NCBI GenBank assembly: GCA_963677195.1
Contig: OY781918.1
Coordinates: 420,923 to 484,922, forward strand
Origin: an uncultured Marinifilum sp.
Lineage (GTDB): Bacteria; Bacteroidota; Bacteroidia; Bacteroidales; Marinifilaceae
Reading direction: 5' to 3'
Length of the DNA stretch: 64,000 nt
The position numbers were made by a program, and so were the translations under genes. The stretch's first letter is position 1, and each line of letters opens with the position of its first letter. A model generated the notes under the pieces. The model was not told where the DNA came from. It was given only the letters and a program-made list of their open reading frames with translations, and ran no database searches. This document shows, in pieces, positions 7,726-16,824 of this stretch.

Positions 7726-8367
7726 ATGATAGAAGTTAATAAGGAACTCGAAGATTATATCCTTAATCATACCGAAAACGAAGATCAGGTACTTAAAAAT
7801 TTATCTCGCGAAACACATGTAAAAATGCTTCGCCCAAGAATGTTATCGGGGCACTTACAAGGTAAATTTCTTAAAATGATATGCCAGATGATAAAGCCTA
7901 AACGTGTTTTAGAAATTGGCACTTACACTGGCTATTCGGCCATAAGCATGGCAATGGGAACATCGAATGATTGCGTAATTCACACCATAGACCATAATGA
8001 CGAACTGGAATACTTCACGCGTAAATTTATTAAACAAGCTGATTGTGAAAACAAAATAACTTTCCATATTGGCGAAGCTCTAGAAATTATTCCAAACATT
8101 GAAGAAAGTTTTGATATGGCATTTATTGATGCAGATAAACGTCAATATATAGACTATTTTGAGGCTATTTTCCCAAAACTAAAACAAGGTGGATTTATTC
8201 TTGCCGATGATGTTTTATGGGATGGTAAAGTTCTAAATCAAGTAGATCCAAACGACAAACAAACGCAAGGAATTTTAGATTTTAACAAGTTTATTCAAAA
8301 TGACGATAGGGTTGAAAACCTTATGTTGCCAATTCGCCACGGGTTAATGATGATTAGGAAGAAGTAA
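7726..8367 (+). CDS. Class I SAM-dependent O-methyltransferase (caffeoyl-CoA OMT-like)
   Basis: A 213-aa ORF with VLEIGTYTGYS (SAM motif I) and FIDADKRQY, typical of the Methyltransf_3 family. Confidence 0.8.
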   Translation: MIEVNKELEDYILNHTENEDQVLKNLSRETHVKMLRPRMLSGHLQGKFLKMICQMIKPKRVLEIGTYTGYSAISMAMGTSNDCVIHTIDHNDELEYFTRKFIKQADCENKITFHIGEALEIIPNIEESFDMAFIDADKRQYIDYFEAIFPKLKQGGFILADDVLWDGKVLNQVDPNDKQTQGILDFNKFIQNDDRVENLMLPIRHGLMMIRKK

Positions 8368-8487
8368 TCCTTCAAATCCCAAAAATAAAATCCCAAAAAA
8401 TAAAAATAACTCACAAATACTTTCAATTTAAATTTCTCCCTTATTATGGGAGATACCAAAATGTAAAGAATGCTACTTATTTAAAAA

Positions 8488-9282
8488 TTACAAATCAATA
8501 ATTTTTACAAGAACAGTAGCTCCTAGATTTATGTGCCCTTTCTTTTGAATAATTTGCCAATCTTGTTTTTTTAATTCTTTTTCTATTCCACCATTAAGCA
8601 TTCCATGGGCAACTAAAACAGCGGTTTCTTCTTGCTTTGCAACTTTAATTAGATTTTCAGCAGCCATAGCAGCCCGCAATTTAGCTTCCTTTCTGCTTTC
8701 TATTCCATTATGATTGTATCCAAGCAACCAGCTTCCCCGGCTAAAAGCCTGCCATAATCCTAATGGCAATTTAATAATACTACTGGCATTTATCATACGT
8801 ATTTCATATTCCCTAAAAATAGAATCGGAGACCACTGTAAATTTATCCCCAAAAATCCTCAAAGCTGTTTCCTGCGATCGCGGAAGATTAGAACAATAAA
8901 TTAAATGATTAGTATTTAAATTTACTTTTATCAATTCTGGATCGAAAGGAATAACCGGTACAGAATTATAGTTGCGTACATACTCTTGAGCTTCCTGTGC
9001 TGAATAAAAAAGCTTCTTTTTTAAGTTTGGTTTGGCATGACGAATCAGATAAATCTGCAACATACGCTTCCCTTTTTTACGCAAGTCATTTTGAACTAAG
9101 GAATCAACTTCCCTCACGCAAGTAAATGCCGCACATTTATTTAAATCAGGCGCTTCACCTTTCTCTGAATATAAGAATCGAGAACATCCAAATAAACAAA
9201 TTACACCCAAAAGAACAAAAGTGATTATCGTTATAACGCTTATTTTTTTCAATTTCAATAAATATTTATTTGAGAGCTGCAA
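8488..9282 (-). CDS. Histidine phosphatase family protein with N-terminal membrane anchor
   Basis: A 264-aa ORF with IYLIRHAKP (the RH catalytic motif), SNLPRSQETA and VAHG. The start is a TTG, so the 5' end is uncertain. Confidence 0.65.
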   Translation of the reverse strand: MQLSNKYLLKLKKISVITIITFVLLGVICLFGCSRFLYSEKGEAPDLNKCAAFTCVREVDSLVQNDLRKKGKRMLQIYLIRHAKPNLKKKLFYSAQEAQEYVRNYNSVPVIPFDPELIKVNLNTNHLIYCSNLPRSQETALRIFGDKFTVVSDSIFREYEIRMINASSIIKLPLGLWQAFSRGSWLLGYNHNGIESRKEAKLRAAMAAENLIKVAKQEETAVLVAHGMLNGGIEKELKKQDWQIIQKKGHINLGATVLVKIIDL

Positions 9283-9418
9283 ATTTATAAAATTCTAAAG
9301 AGTTCTAGCTCTTATTTATATGATCTATTTAAAGTTTTATTTTCCAATACTACTGATTTATAAAAATATCCTTGAAAAATAGAAGCAGTTAAGAATGACA
9401 ACGAAACACAAAAATCAA

Positions 9419-9426
9419 TATCTTTG
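9419..9426 (+). promoter_or_regulatory. Candidate -7 box (TATCTTTG) for selD
   Basis: TAnnTTTG lies 28 nt upstream of the ATG at 9454. Confidence 0.45.
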
Positions 9427-9453
9427 CCAAGTTAAAAAAAGATCATAATTCAC

Positions 9454-10494
9454 ATGGAAATTAAAAAATTAACTCAGTTTAGTCCGGGAGCCGGATGTGG
9501 CTGTAAAATATCACCCAAAGACTTAGAATGCATATTAAAAAGCACAACTCCCCGAATTCCAAACCCTAATCTTTTAGTAGGCAACGATACAAAAGACGAT
9601 GCTGCCGTATTCGATCTGGGAAACGGACAAGCTTTAATAAGCACAACTGATTTTTTTACTCCAATTGTCGATGATCCTTATGATTTTGGCAGAATTGCAG
9701 CAACCAACGCAATTAGCGATATTTATGCCATGGGTGGAAAACCAATTATGGCTTTGGCAATTTTAGCCTGGCCATTGGAGAAATTATCTACTGATGTTGC
9801 GCAAAAAGTTGTTGAGGGAGCCAGAGATGTTTGTGCCGATGCTGGAATTCAGTTGGCAGGTGGCCATTCCATCGATATTGCAGATCCTGTTTTTGGTTTA
9901 TCAGTAAATGGAATTGTAGCAACCGAACGTGTTAAAAAAAATAATACTGCCACGCCCAACTGTACCCTTTTCATTACCAAACCATTGGGAATTGGAGTGC
10001 TTACAACTGCCGAAAAAAAGAAATTAATTGCACACGAAAACAATCAAATAGCTGTTGATTTAATGTGTAGCCTTAATAAAGTAGGAGTTGTTTTTGGCGA
10101 ACAAGAATATATTAAATCAATGACCGATGTTACAGGTTTCGGTCTTTTGGGTCATCTTAGCGAAATTTGCGAAGGAAGTAATGTAAATGCAGTAATTGAA
10201 TACAATGCTGTTCCAAAAATTAATGGGGTTGAGGAATTAATTCAACAAGGAAGTACTCCCGGAGGAACAAAACGAAACTGGGCTTCCTATGGTCATTTAA
10301 TTGGAGAAATTACCGAAGATCAAAAAGCATTGTTGTGCGATCCTCAAACCAGTGGTGGGTTGCTTGTTGCGGTAGACAACAATAACACTGAAGAGTTCGT
10401 GGCATTAGCAAAAAAAGAAGGTTTCGACTTAAGTCCGATAGGTAAATTAACAGAAAGAAAAAATAATAACGAAGCATATATCAGCGTAAATTAA
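9454..10494 (+). CDS. selD: Selenide, water dikinase (selenophosphate synthetase), Cys-type
   Basis: A 346-aa ORF with the N-terminal loop [12 protein letters not shown], identical to the E. coli SelD catalytic loop. It has an AIR-synthase-like fold pattern (DDAAV, GGHSID). Confidence 0.92.
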   Translation: MEIKKLTQFSPGAGCGCKISPKDLECILKSTTPRIPNPNLLVGNDTKDDAAVFDLGNGQALISTTDFFTPIVDDPYDFGRIAATNAISDIYAMGGKPIMALAILAWPLEKLSTDVAQKVVEGARDVCADAGIQLAGGHSIDIADPVFGLSVNGIVATERVKKNNTATPNCTLFITKPLGIGVLTTAEKKKLIAHENNQIAVDLMCSLNKVGVVFGEQEYIKSMTDVTGFGLLGHLSEICEGSNVNAVIEYNAVPKINGVEELIQQGSTPGGTKRNWASYGHLIGEITEDQKALLCDPQTSGGLLVAVDNNNTEEFVALAKKEGFDLSPIGKLTERKNNNEAYISVN

Positions 10495-10496
10495 TC

Positions 10497-10838
10497 ATGC
10501 ATAAAAATACATTAATACAAGTTACCCAAAACGGAATGGGTTCGGGAAGCGAAGAATTAGGACTTAAGTTAGTAACAAACTATTTTAAACTACTCGACGC
10601 TGATAACAGATTACCAAAAATTATAGTATTCTATAATGCAGGAGTAAAGTTACTTTGCGAAAACTCACCTGCTCTCGAAGCCTTACAAAATTTAATAGAA
10701 AAAGGTGTTAAAATAGTTGCTTGTAAAACCTGTCTTGATTTTTATGGTTTATTCGATAAAATTAAAGTAGGTACAGTTGGCAGTATGCCCGATATTATAA
10801 CACTTCAGGCAAATGCTGATAAAGTAGTTAATCTGTAA
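10497..10838 (+). CDS. DsrE-like / YedF C-terminal-domain-like selenium metabolism protein
   Basis: A 113-aa ORF starting 2 nt after the selD stop. It has IIVFYNAGVKL and VACKTCLDFYG, as I recall for the DsrE-like half of selD-linked YedF proteins. No TusA-like CPxP domain is present. Confidence 0.55.
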   Translation: MHKNTLIQVTQNGMGSGSEELGLKLVTNYFKLLDADNRLPKIIVFYNAGVKLLCENSPALEALQNLIEKGVKIVACKTCLDFYGLFDKIKVGTVGSMPDIITLQANADKVVNL

Positions 10839-10860
10839 AAACAGAACTTACAATACATAA

Positions 10861-10897
10861 AAAAGTGCTTATCTATAATTTAGGTAAGCACTTTTTC
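10861..10897 (+). terminator. Rho-independent terminator after the selD operon
   Basis: The stem AAAAGTGCTTA..TAAGCACTTTT is followed by T-rich sequence, 23 nt after the stop at 10838. Confidence 0.6.
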
Positions 10898-11141
10898 TAT
10901 TTATAAAAATATAGCAAGTCAAAACTTCTGAAATAGCAATGCCAATTTTAAGGTAATAAAGCCATTTTTTCTTCAATACACTCTCCTAACTCATAATCAA
11001 AGCATAACACATAATTTTACCATGCAATTATTAAAAGATTAGGTAAAACTTTGTATATTTAGTAAACAAACAGACACCCATATTCAGGCACAACTTATTC
11101 ATAGAAAAAGTACATTATATTATTTATCAAAAAATAGCCCA

Positions 11142-13382
11142 ATGAGAAAAACCCTAAGCTTCTGTCTCATTTTTTTAGGATTTTATTCCTACTCGCAAAA
11201 TACAATACAAATTCTGGATAAGGAATCGAATATTCCAATTGCTCATGCCCATTATTTGTATAATGATCAAAAAGGAAGCTCTTCAGAAAAAGGAGAAATT
11301 GAAATTAGCTTTACAGAAGGCGCTAAACTTCTGATATCACATGTAAATTATGGTAAAAAGACAATTGATAATAATACTCTTAAAACTGCAATTAAATCGG
11401 GTAAATTATTTTTAGATAAAACCTATATTTCGCTAATGCCTGCAACTGTTATTGCACGCCAAAGCGGAAAATCGAAATCTAAAGTAATGACGATAAATTC
11501 GAGCGATAAATCATCGCACGATGCAGGCGAATTTCTAAGTCAAACAGCCTTAATAGGTGGAATTCGTAAAAGTGGAAGTTACGGTTTCGACCCGGTAATG
11601 CGCGGATTTAAATACAATCAGATTAACATTGTTATGGATAATGGCTTAAGTGCCACGGCTGCCTGTCCGAACAGAATGGATCCACCAATTAGCCAAATTC
11701 CTTTAAATATGGTTGATAAGGTTGAGATAATGAAAGGCCCGCACTCTCTTCGTTATGGCAGCTCTTTTGGTGGCAGTATTCATTTTAAATCGGCCAGCAA
11801 TGGATTTTCAGAGCAAACAAAAACTTTTGGCAGAGCAACTGGCAGCTATGAAAGTAATGGCAATATTTTTAGAACCGAAGCTTTAGCTGGCCTTAAAGGA
11901 AAGCTTTATAATTTTGGTGTTTTTGGGGCTTACAGTAATGGATCGGATTATGAAGATGGAAATGGAGACAAAGTAGAATCAGAATTTAACCGCAGAAATA
12001 TTGGTTTAGCTGGTGTTCTTAAATTATCAAGTAATCAGAGTCTGAAACTTTCTGCTAACAGTAATTATGCCGAGAATGTAGATTTTCCTGCATTAAATAT
12101 GGATTTGCGTGAGGATGACACCAAATTAATTAGCATCGGGCACAAAATAACTTTCCACAATTCGGCTCTTGCATCTCTTTCTACATCGGCTAATGCTTCT
12201 TTTGTGGATCATGTAATGGATAATTTGGATAAAAATTTAAATCCACGAAAAGTGAACGCAATTACAAAAGCCGAAACAAAAAACTACAGTTTTAGGTCCG
12301 AAGCAGCTTTTCAGTTTAAAGAAAGCTCGCTTTTTACGGGTGCAGATTATAAATCGGAACAAGCCGAAGGTACTCGTTCCCGAGAAATGCTTATGGGACC
12401 AATGGCTGGTAAAACTTTGTACGACAATATTTGGCAGGATAGCAAAATATCAAATATAGGATTATTCGGAGAATATCATTTTTCTTCAGGCAACACTTAT
12501 TTTGTTGCTTCGGCAAGATTCGACAACAATTGGGCAGACAGCAGAGAAAAAGATGAAATCTTCACGATTTTAAACCCAAAAAATGCGTCAAAGGATTTTA
12601 ATATTTCTCTTAGTATTGGCGCCACACACGATATTTCGGATAAAGTTCGTATGGGACTTTGGTTTGGCCGTGCAGCGCGAAGTGGTAGTTTAACCGAACG
12701 ATTTATTAATTATCTTCCTGTTGATATTGATCCTTACGAAAGAATAGGAAATACGAATCTCGATCCTGAAATTAACTATCAACTGGATTATAATTTTAAT
12801 TGGAAAGAGAAAAATTTCGATTTAGATATTAATTTATTTGCTTGCTTTCTTCGCGATTATATTAGTTCCGAAATTAGAAGTGAACTTACTCCAAGAATAG
12901 CCACTGCTGCAGGAGTTAAACAATATATAAATATCAACAAAGCTGTTATGCGCGGATTCGAACTTAACTTTAATCAAAGCTTATCAGCAAATCTATATCA
13001 CAGAATAAATATTGCTTATACTTACGGAAAAAACACGGAACAAAATCATGCTTTACCCGAAATTCCTCCTATGGATATAAGGTATGCATTGGGCGGACGT
13101 TTTTATAAAAATAAATTTCAGCCCGAATTTAATTTCAGGTATGCTTTAAAACAAAATAGAATTGCCAAAAATTATGGAGAAACAGAAACACCCGAATTCT
13201 CGATTTTAGACTTTAAAGCTTCTTATTTTATTTCTGATTATTTTAATTTAACAGGAGGCTTGCGAAATATTTTCGATAAAGCATATTATGAACATTTAAG
13301 CCGATCGGTAAAAGGAAGCAACAGTCAATCCATTTACGCTCCTGGCCGCAGTTTTTATATCACGCTAAGTTTAAATTTATGA
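11142..13382 (+). CDS. TonB-dependent outer-membrane receptor
   Basis: A 746-aa ORF with a signal peptide and a plug region (VEIMKGPHSLRYGSSFGG). It has beta-barrel-type alternating sequence and a C-terminal aromatic-rich end. Confidence 0.85.
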   Translation: MRKTLSFCLIFLGFYSYSQNTIQILDKESNIPIAHAHYLYNDQKGSSSEKGEIEISFTEGAKLLISHVNYGKKTIDNNTLKTAIKSGKLFLDKTYISLMPATVIARQSGKSKSKVMTINSSDKSSHDAGEFLSQTALIGGIRKSGSYGFDPVMRGFKYNQINIVMDNGLSATAACPNRMDPPISQIPLNMVDKVEIMKGPHSLRYGSSFGGSIHFKSASNGFSEQTKTFGRATGSYESNGNIFRTEALAGLKGKLYNFGVFGAYSNGSDYEDGNGDKVESEFNRRNIGLAGVLKLSSNQSLKLSANSNYAENVDFPALNMDLREDDTKLISIGHKITFHNSALASLSTSANASFVDHVMDNLDKNLNPRKVNAITKAETKNYSFRSEAAFQFKESSLFTGADYKSEQAEGTRSREMLMGPMAGKTLYDNIWQDSKISNIGLFGEYHFSSGNTYFVASARFDNNWADSREKDEIFTILNPKNASKDFNISLSIGATHDISDKVRMGLWFGRAARSGSLTERFINYLPVDIDPYERIGNTNLDPEINYQLDYNFNWKEKNFDLDINLFACFLRDYISSEIRSELTPRIATAAGVKQYININKAVMRGFELNFNQSLSANLYHRINIAYTYGKNTEQNHALPEIPPMDIRYALGGRFYKNKFQPEFNFRYALKQNRIAKNYGETETPEFSILDFKASYFISDYFNLTGGLRNIFDKAYYEHLSRSVKGSNSQSIYAPGRSFYITLSLNL

Positions 13383-13384
13383 TC

Positions 13385-14809
13385 TTACTCTCTAATAATT
13401 TTAATACGTCCTTGTACCTTTGGGTGCAAGGATTTTCTTTTCTTACAATACTGCCTTAAAATATCATAATCGGCTATGGCGCTTTTATCGGTTTCATCAA
13501 TTAAAAACTCAAATTCAATATCTAATCTATCTAAAAAATAGTCGCTCAACGAAACACTTAATAACTCCTCATCGTCTAATTTTTTACCTTTCCATTCTAC
13601 ATTTATAGAATCCTGTTGTTGCCAATACTCATACTTAATACCCGAAACATGTAATAATTGTCCTTTTGTATTGCCTGCATATTGTTTTAAAAGTTTTTTT
13701 AACTCGGCACCTTTAAGTAATATTTTACAGATTTTATTCCCAAAAGGCAAAAGAGATCGCAAGGATTTAAGAGTAAAAACACCTTTAGGAACATCGGCTC
13801 TAATTCCTCCGCCGTTTATTAATGCAACATTTGAATCGTAATATTCCCTAAAAGCATCGCTAATTAAATTACCAGCTGTGCTTTCGTTTAATATTCCATC
13901 TCTAAAATTTAAAGGAACTTCCAAATAAGAAATCTGTTCCGATAATTTTAGGTCCATATCCTTTTGGTAATAAATCTCCATATCGCGAAGGTATTTTTCT
14001 GATGGAATGGTAGAATCTAAAGGAATAATTTCGATTACTGGTCGTTTGTTTAATTCAATACTAACTTTTGCAAGCGAGCTCATATTACCGGCAGTAGAAA
14101 TTATTGGAACACTTCCTTTGTAAAATATATTGCTCTCATGCTCATATTGTTCTTCACTTAATACTAAATCGATATCAGGAAACTGTTTTAATATTTCCTG
14201 GTTTGATTTTAAATCGGCCTGACTTAGCAAAACCAGAAAATCAACAGTTTTAAGTTCTTCGATAACATCGGATATGGCTACCAATAAATCTTCCTGAATA
14301 ACTCTGCTGCTTTTCCTTGTTGTGTGCATGGCATCGGTAATACCAATAAAACCAATTCGCATACCGCCAATTTTTCTTATTAAATATTTTGGCAAACCCG
14401 CAAACACTTCTCCTTCTCTATTTTTAAGATTAGAACTAAACCATGCCGATTTCGATTTGCTAAGTAATTTAAGAGTATTATCTACTCCAAAATCGAATTC
14501 ATGCTGACCAAAATTGCAGATATCCACCGGAATATCATTAAAAGCTTCTATCATAGGTTCGCCTTTATACATTCCACCAAAAAGAACGCCTCCACATAAA
14601 TCGCCCCCATGAATTAACAAGCTATTCGGATTATCAGCTTTGGCTTTATCGGCTATTGTTTTTAGACGAGCTACTCCTCCACGTCCTCCTTCAACATCAT
14701 TAACAGGAAAAATTTGATGTGCATCGGTAAAATATAGAAGTTCTACCTTTTGAGATTGAGCAATAAATCCAACAAAAAGCAGCAGTAGCGAAAAAATACA
14801 TTTGAACAT
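13385..14809 (-). CDS. Bifunctional metallophosphatase / 5'-nucleotidase (UshA-like), secreted
   Basis: A 474-aa ORF with YFTDAHQ, HGGDLCGG and GQHEFDFG metallophosphoesterase motifs, plus a C-terminal 5'-nucleotidase domain (INGGGIRAD). Confidence 0.85.
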   Translation of the reverse strand: MFKCIFSLLLLFVGFIAQSQKVELLYFTDAHQIFPVNDVEGGRGGVARLKTIADKAKADNPNSLLIHGGDLCGGVLFGGMYKGEPMIEAFNDIPVDICNFGQHEFDFGVDNTLKLLSKSKSAWFSSNLKNREGEVFAGLPKYLIRKIGGMRIGFIGITDAMHTTRKSSRVIQEDLLVAISDVIEELKTVDFLVLLSQADLKSNQEILKQFPDIDLVLSEEQYEHESNIFYKGSVPIISTAGNMSSLAKVSIELNKRPVIEIIPLDSTIPSEKYLRDMEIYYQKDMDLKLSEQISYLEVPLNFRDGILNESTAGNLISDAFREYYDSNVALINGGGIRADVPKGVFTLKSLRSLLPFGNKICKILLKGAELKKLLKQYAGNTKGQLLHVSGIKYEYWQQQDSINVEWKGKKLDDEELLSVSLSDYFLDRLDIEFEFLIDETDKSAIADYDILRQYCKKRKSLHPKVQGRIKIIRE

Positions 14810-14924
14810 AGAAAGCAGTTTTTATGTATCGAAATTACAAAATTTTGCAAACTTTTTTATGGAATAACTTGATGGATCAGACAAATTATTTGTCGGCAAC
14901 AACTAGCCTGGAATTGTAAGCATA

Positions 14925-15122
14925 TTACCACCAGTTTTTGCCCCTGCGAATTACGAAAAAAAGAAAAGCTGCAAATAGAATCATAAAACATATAAAAGAC
15001 AAAAAGGAAGTATAAAATTTCCAGTTAAAAATTTCATGTCTAGCCTGATTCACAAATACAGTGGCCGACAACAACACGCCTAAATACAAGCCAATAGTTA
15101 GCATTTTTGCTTTTTTACTCAT
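14925..15122 (-). CDS. Small hypothetical membrane protein (two predicted TM helices)
   Basis: A 65-aa ORF with two hydrophobic stretches, 77 nt downstream of the 488-aa ORF on the same strand. No family was recognised. Confidence 0.4.
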   Translation of the reverse strand: MSKKAKMLTIGLYLGVLLSATVFVNQARHEIFNWKFYTSFLSFICFMILFAAFLFFVIRRGKNWW

Positions 15123-15199
15123 AAAAAATTATTCAATTTACATGGATATTTCCGATTAAAATCCTTAAAAAATCTGCACAATAAGCTTTCAGATTTTTA

Positions 15200-16666
15200 T
15201 TATACTTTTTCAACCTTTTTTATTCCTCTCCTGTTAAATATAATTCTATATCGGCGATAAGAAGTTTGATCGTCGAGCTTAAAACGAAGTACCATATTCA
15301 CGAAATACACTTTTTCTCCGGATATCTTCTCAAATTCATCATCATCTTTTAAATAGTACAAAGGAATTTCAGGATTATCCATTTTCTGAATAAAGCGAGA
15401 TACATTAAAACGAATAATATCCACCACACCTGTTATGTTATAATTTCCGTACGAATTATCAAGAGCTTTCTGGTCTAAGCGAAGCAATTTGCGATAAAAA
15501 ATAATTTTCTCTCCAACTCCCCGACTTTCTACATCGATAATTCTGGAACGATCGCGATGCTTCATCACTCTTAACGGAACACTATCTTCGCGAACAAAAT
15601 CGAAACTCTCTTTACACCAGCCAATTTTCTCATCTCCTTTAACCCGAATAATGGTTTTATGATCGAAAAATCGTTTGTTAATTTTACCAACTAAATAATG
15701 ACGGCTTAAATCTTTAATGCGATCTTTTAGCATGTAAATAATTACCAATGCTACAAACAAAGGTATTGTTAATGTTCCCAAGCTTTTCTGAAAAATAAAA
15801 GTTAAAGATGCACCAAATATCATGGCTAAACCTGCAGCTAAACTATACAATAACTGCACAACAAACACGCCTTCTTTTTTCTTTCGAGAAGATAGTAATA
15901 ACTGACCTTCGAAATATTTACGAAAAGCTCCGTTGCGATGCACAAACCAGCGATTTTTATCGCTTGGCTTTTCCTCTACTACCAAATAAAACTTACTACG
16001 CTTATAGGCATTTTCGGCCCTTATTAATCCTAAAATTGCACCTTTATTTTGCTCAAAATCGGAATGATGTAGTTTTTTCAATCCCCGATACAAATAAAGA
16101 GAATGTTCTTCGAATTGATTACTCATAAACTCGTCTCCAAAAAGATAGTAATCGAACATCTCTTTTCGAATGGTAGGAACATTTACAATTTTGCGTAAAT
16201 CGCGGTAACGTGTGCCAATCTTTTTTATATTAGAAATACATTCATCAATTAAATACTTACGATCGTCGGTTTGTTCGTTACGAATTATATGCTGAATTTC
16301 TTTTCGCAAAGCCGACCTCAGAATGGTATGAAACATTCGAATGTGATATTCATAATTAGCCTCATTTTTAGGTGATGGATGATTGGCAACATTTTGAAAA
16401 GCATCTTCTAAATATCTAAATACCGAATGATTTCCCAAAGCAATATCTCTAAGCAAATACGGTGGAGTAATCAGACGAATATTAGAATTAAAATCGTTGT
16501 AAAAGTCCTCTTTTTGATAAGTGGATGAATTAATATCCAAACTACTAGGAACAAAAAGCCAGGTTTTAACCGACAACTCATTCACTTTACGCTCTTTACG
16601 GGGCTCGTAACCCATTTTTATTTCTACCGAAAACTTATCATGTACTTTTACAACTTCATTGATCAT
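15200..16666 (-). CDS. Hypothetical protein with a central two-helix membrane hairpin; family not recognised
   Basis: A 488-aa ORF with no competing long ORF. It has a basic soluble N-domain of about 270 aa, two adjacent hydrophobic helices (LLYSLAAGLAMIFGASLTFIF and LTIPLFVALVIIYML), and a C-domain of about 170 aa. Confidence 0.6.
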   Translation of the reverse strand: MINEVVKVHDKFSVEIKMGYEPRKERKVNELSVKTWLFVPSSLDINSSTYQKEDFYNDFNSNIRLITPPYLLRDIALGNHSVFRYLEDAFQNVANHPSPKNEANYEYHIRMFHTILRSALRKEIQHIIRNEQTDDRKYLIDECISNIKKIGTRYRDLRKIVNVPTIRKEMFDYYLFGDEFMSNQFEEHSLYLYRGLKKLHHSDFEQNKGAILGLIRAENAYKRSKFYLVVEEKPSDKNRWFVHRNGAFRKYFEGQLLLSSRKKKEGVFVVQLLYSLAAGLAMIFGASLTFIFQKSLGTLTIPLFVALVIIYMLKDRIKDLSRHYLVGKINKRFFDHKTIIRVKGDEKIGWCKESFDFVREDSVPLRVMKHRDRSRIIDVESRGVGEKIIFYRKLLRLDQKALDNSYGNYNITGVVDIIRFNVSRFIQKMDNPEIPLYYLKDDDEFEKISGEKVYFVNMVLRFKLDDQTSYRRYRIIFNRRGIKKVEKV

Positions 16667-16713
16667 AGGCGGTTCATCTTTATTTTATACAGGTGGGAAT
16701 ACTAATTTTAACA

Positions 16714-16721
16714 CAAAGATA
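16714..16721 (-). promoter_or_regulatory. Candidate -7 box (TATCTTTG) for the 488-aa ORF
   Basis: Plus-strand CAAAGATA is TAnnTTTG on the minus strand, 48 nt upstream of the ATG at 16666. Confidence 0.45.
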
Positions 16722-16824
16722 GTTATTTAGATTCAATCCGTACCGCTGTAAACTACCATATTTAAAGGGTTTTACTCTTATATCGTTTGCGGCAAATCAT
16801 TCTTACAAGAAAAATTTAAGCCTT

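Noticed and set aside
9454-10838. Selenocysteine recoding (in-frame UGA) in or near the selD operon.
   Set aside because: SelD carries Cys at the catalytic loop. All neighbouring ORFs are uninterrupted, and I saw no split ORF pair that an in-frame TGA would join, nor a tRNA-Sec.
10898-11141. A riboswitch or leader upstream of the TonB-dependent receptor gene (a 245-nt gap).
   Set aside because: I could not find conserved cores such as the B12 box or the TPP UGAGA motif, nor a convincing stem architecture. The region is simply AT-rich.
15200-16666. The 488-aa two-TM protein as a defence-system effector.
   Set aside because: It has no sensor, nuclease, cyclase or NTPase partner genes adjacent. 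It has its own promoter and lies in a housekeeping/PUL context. It is reported only as a protein of unknown function.
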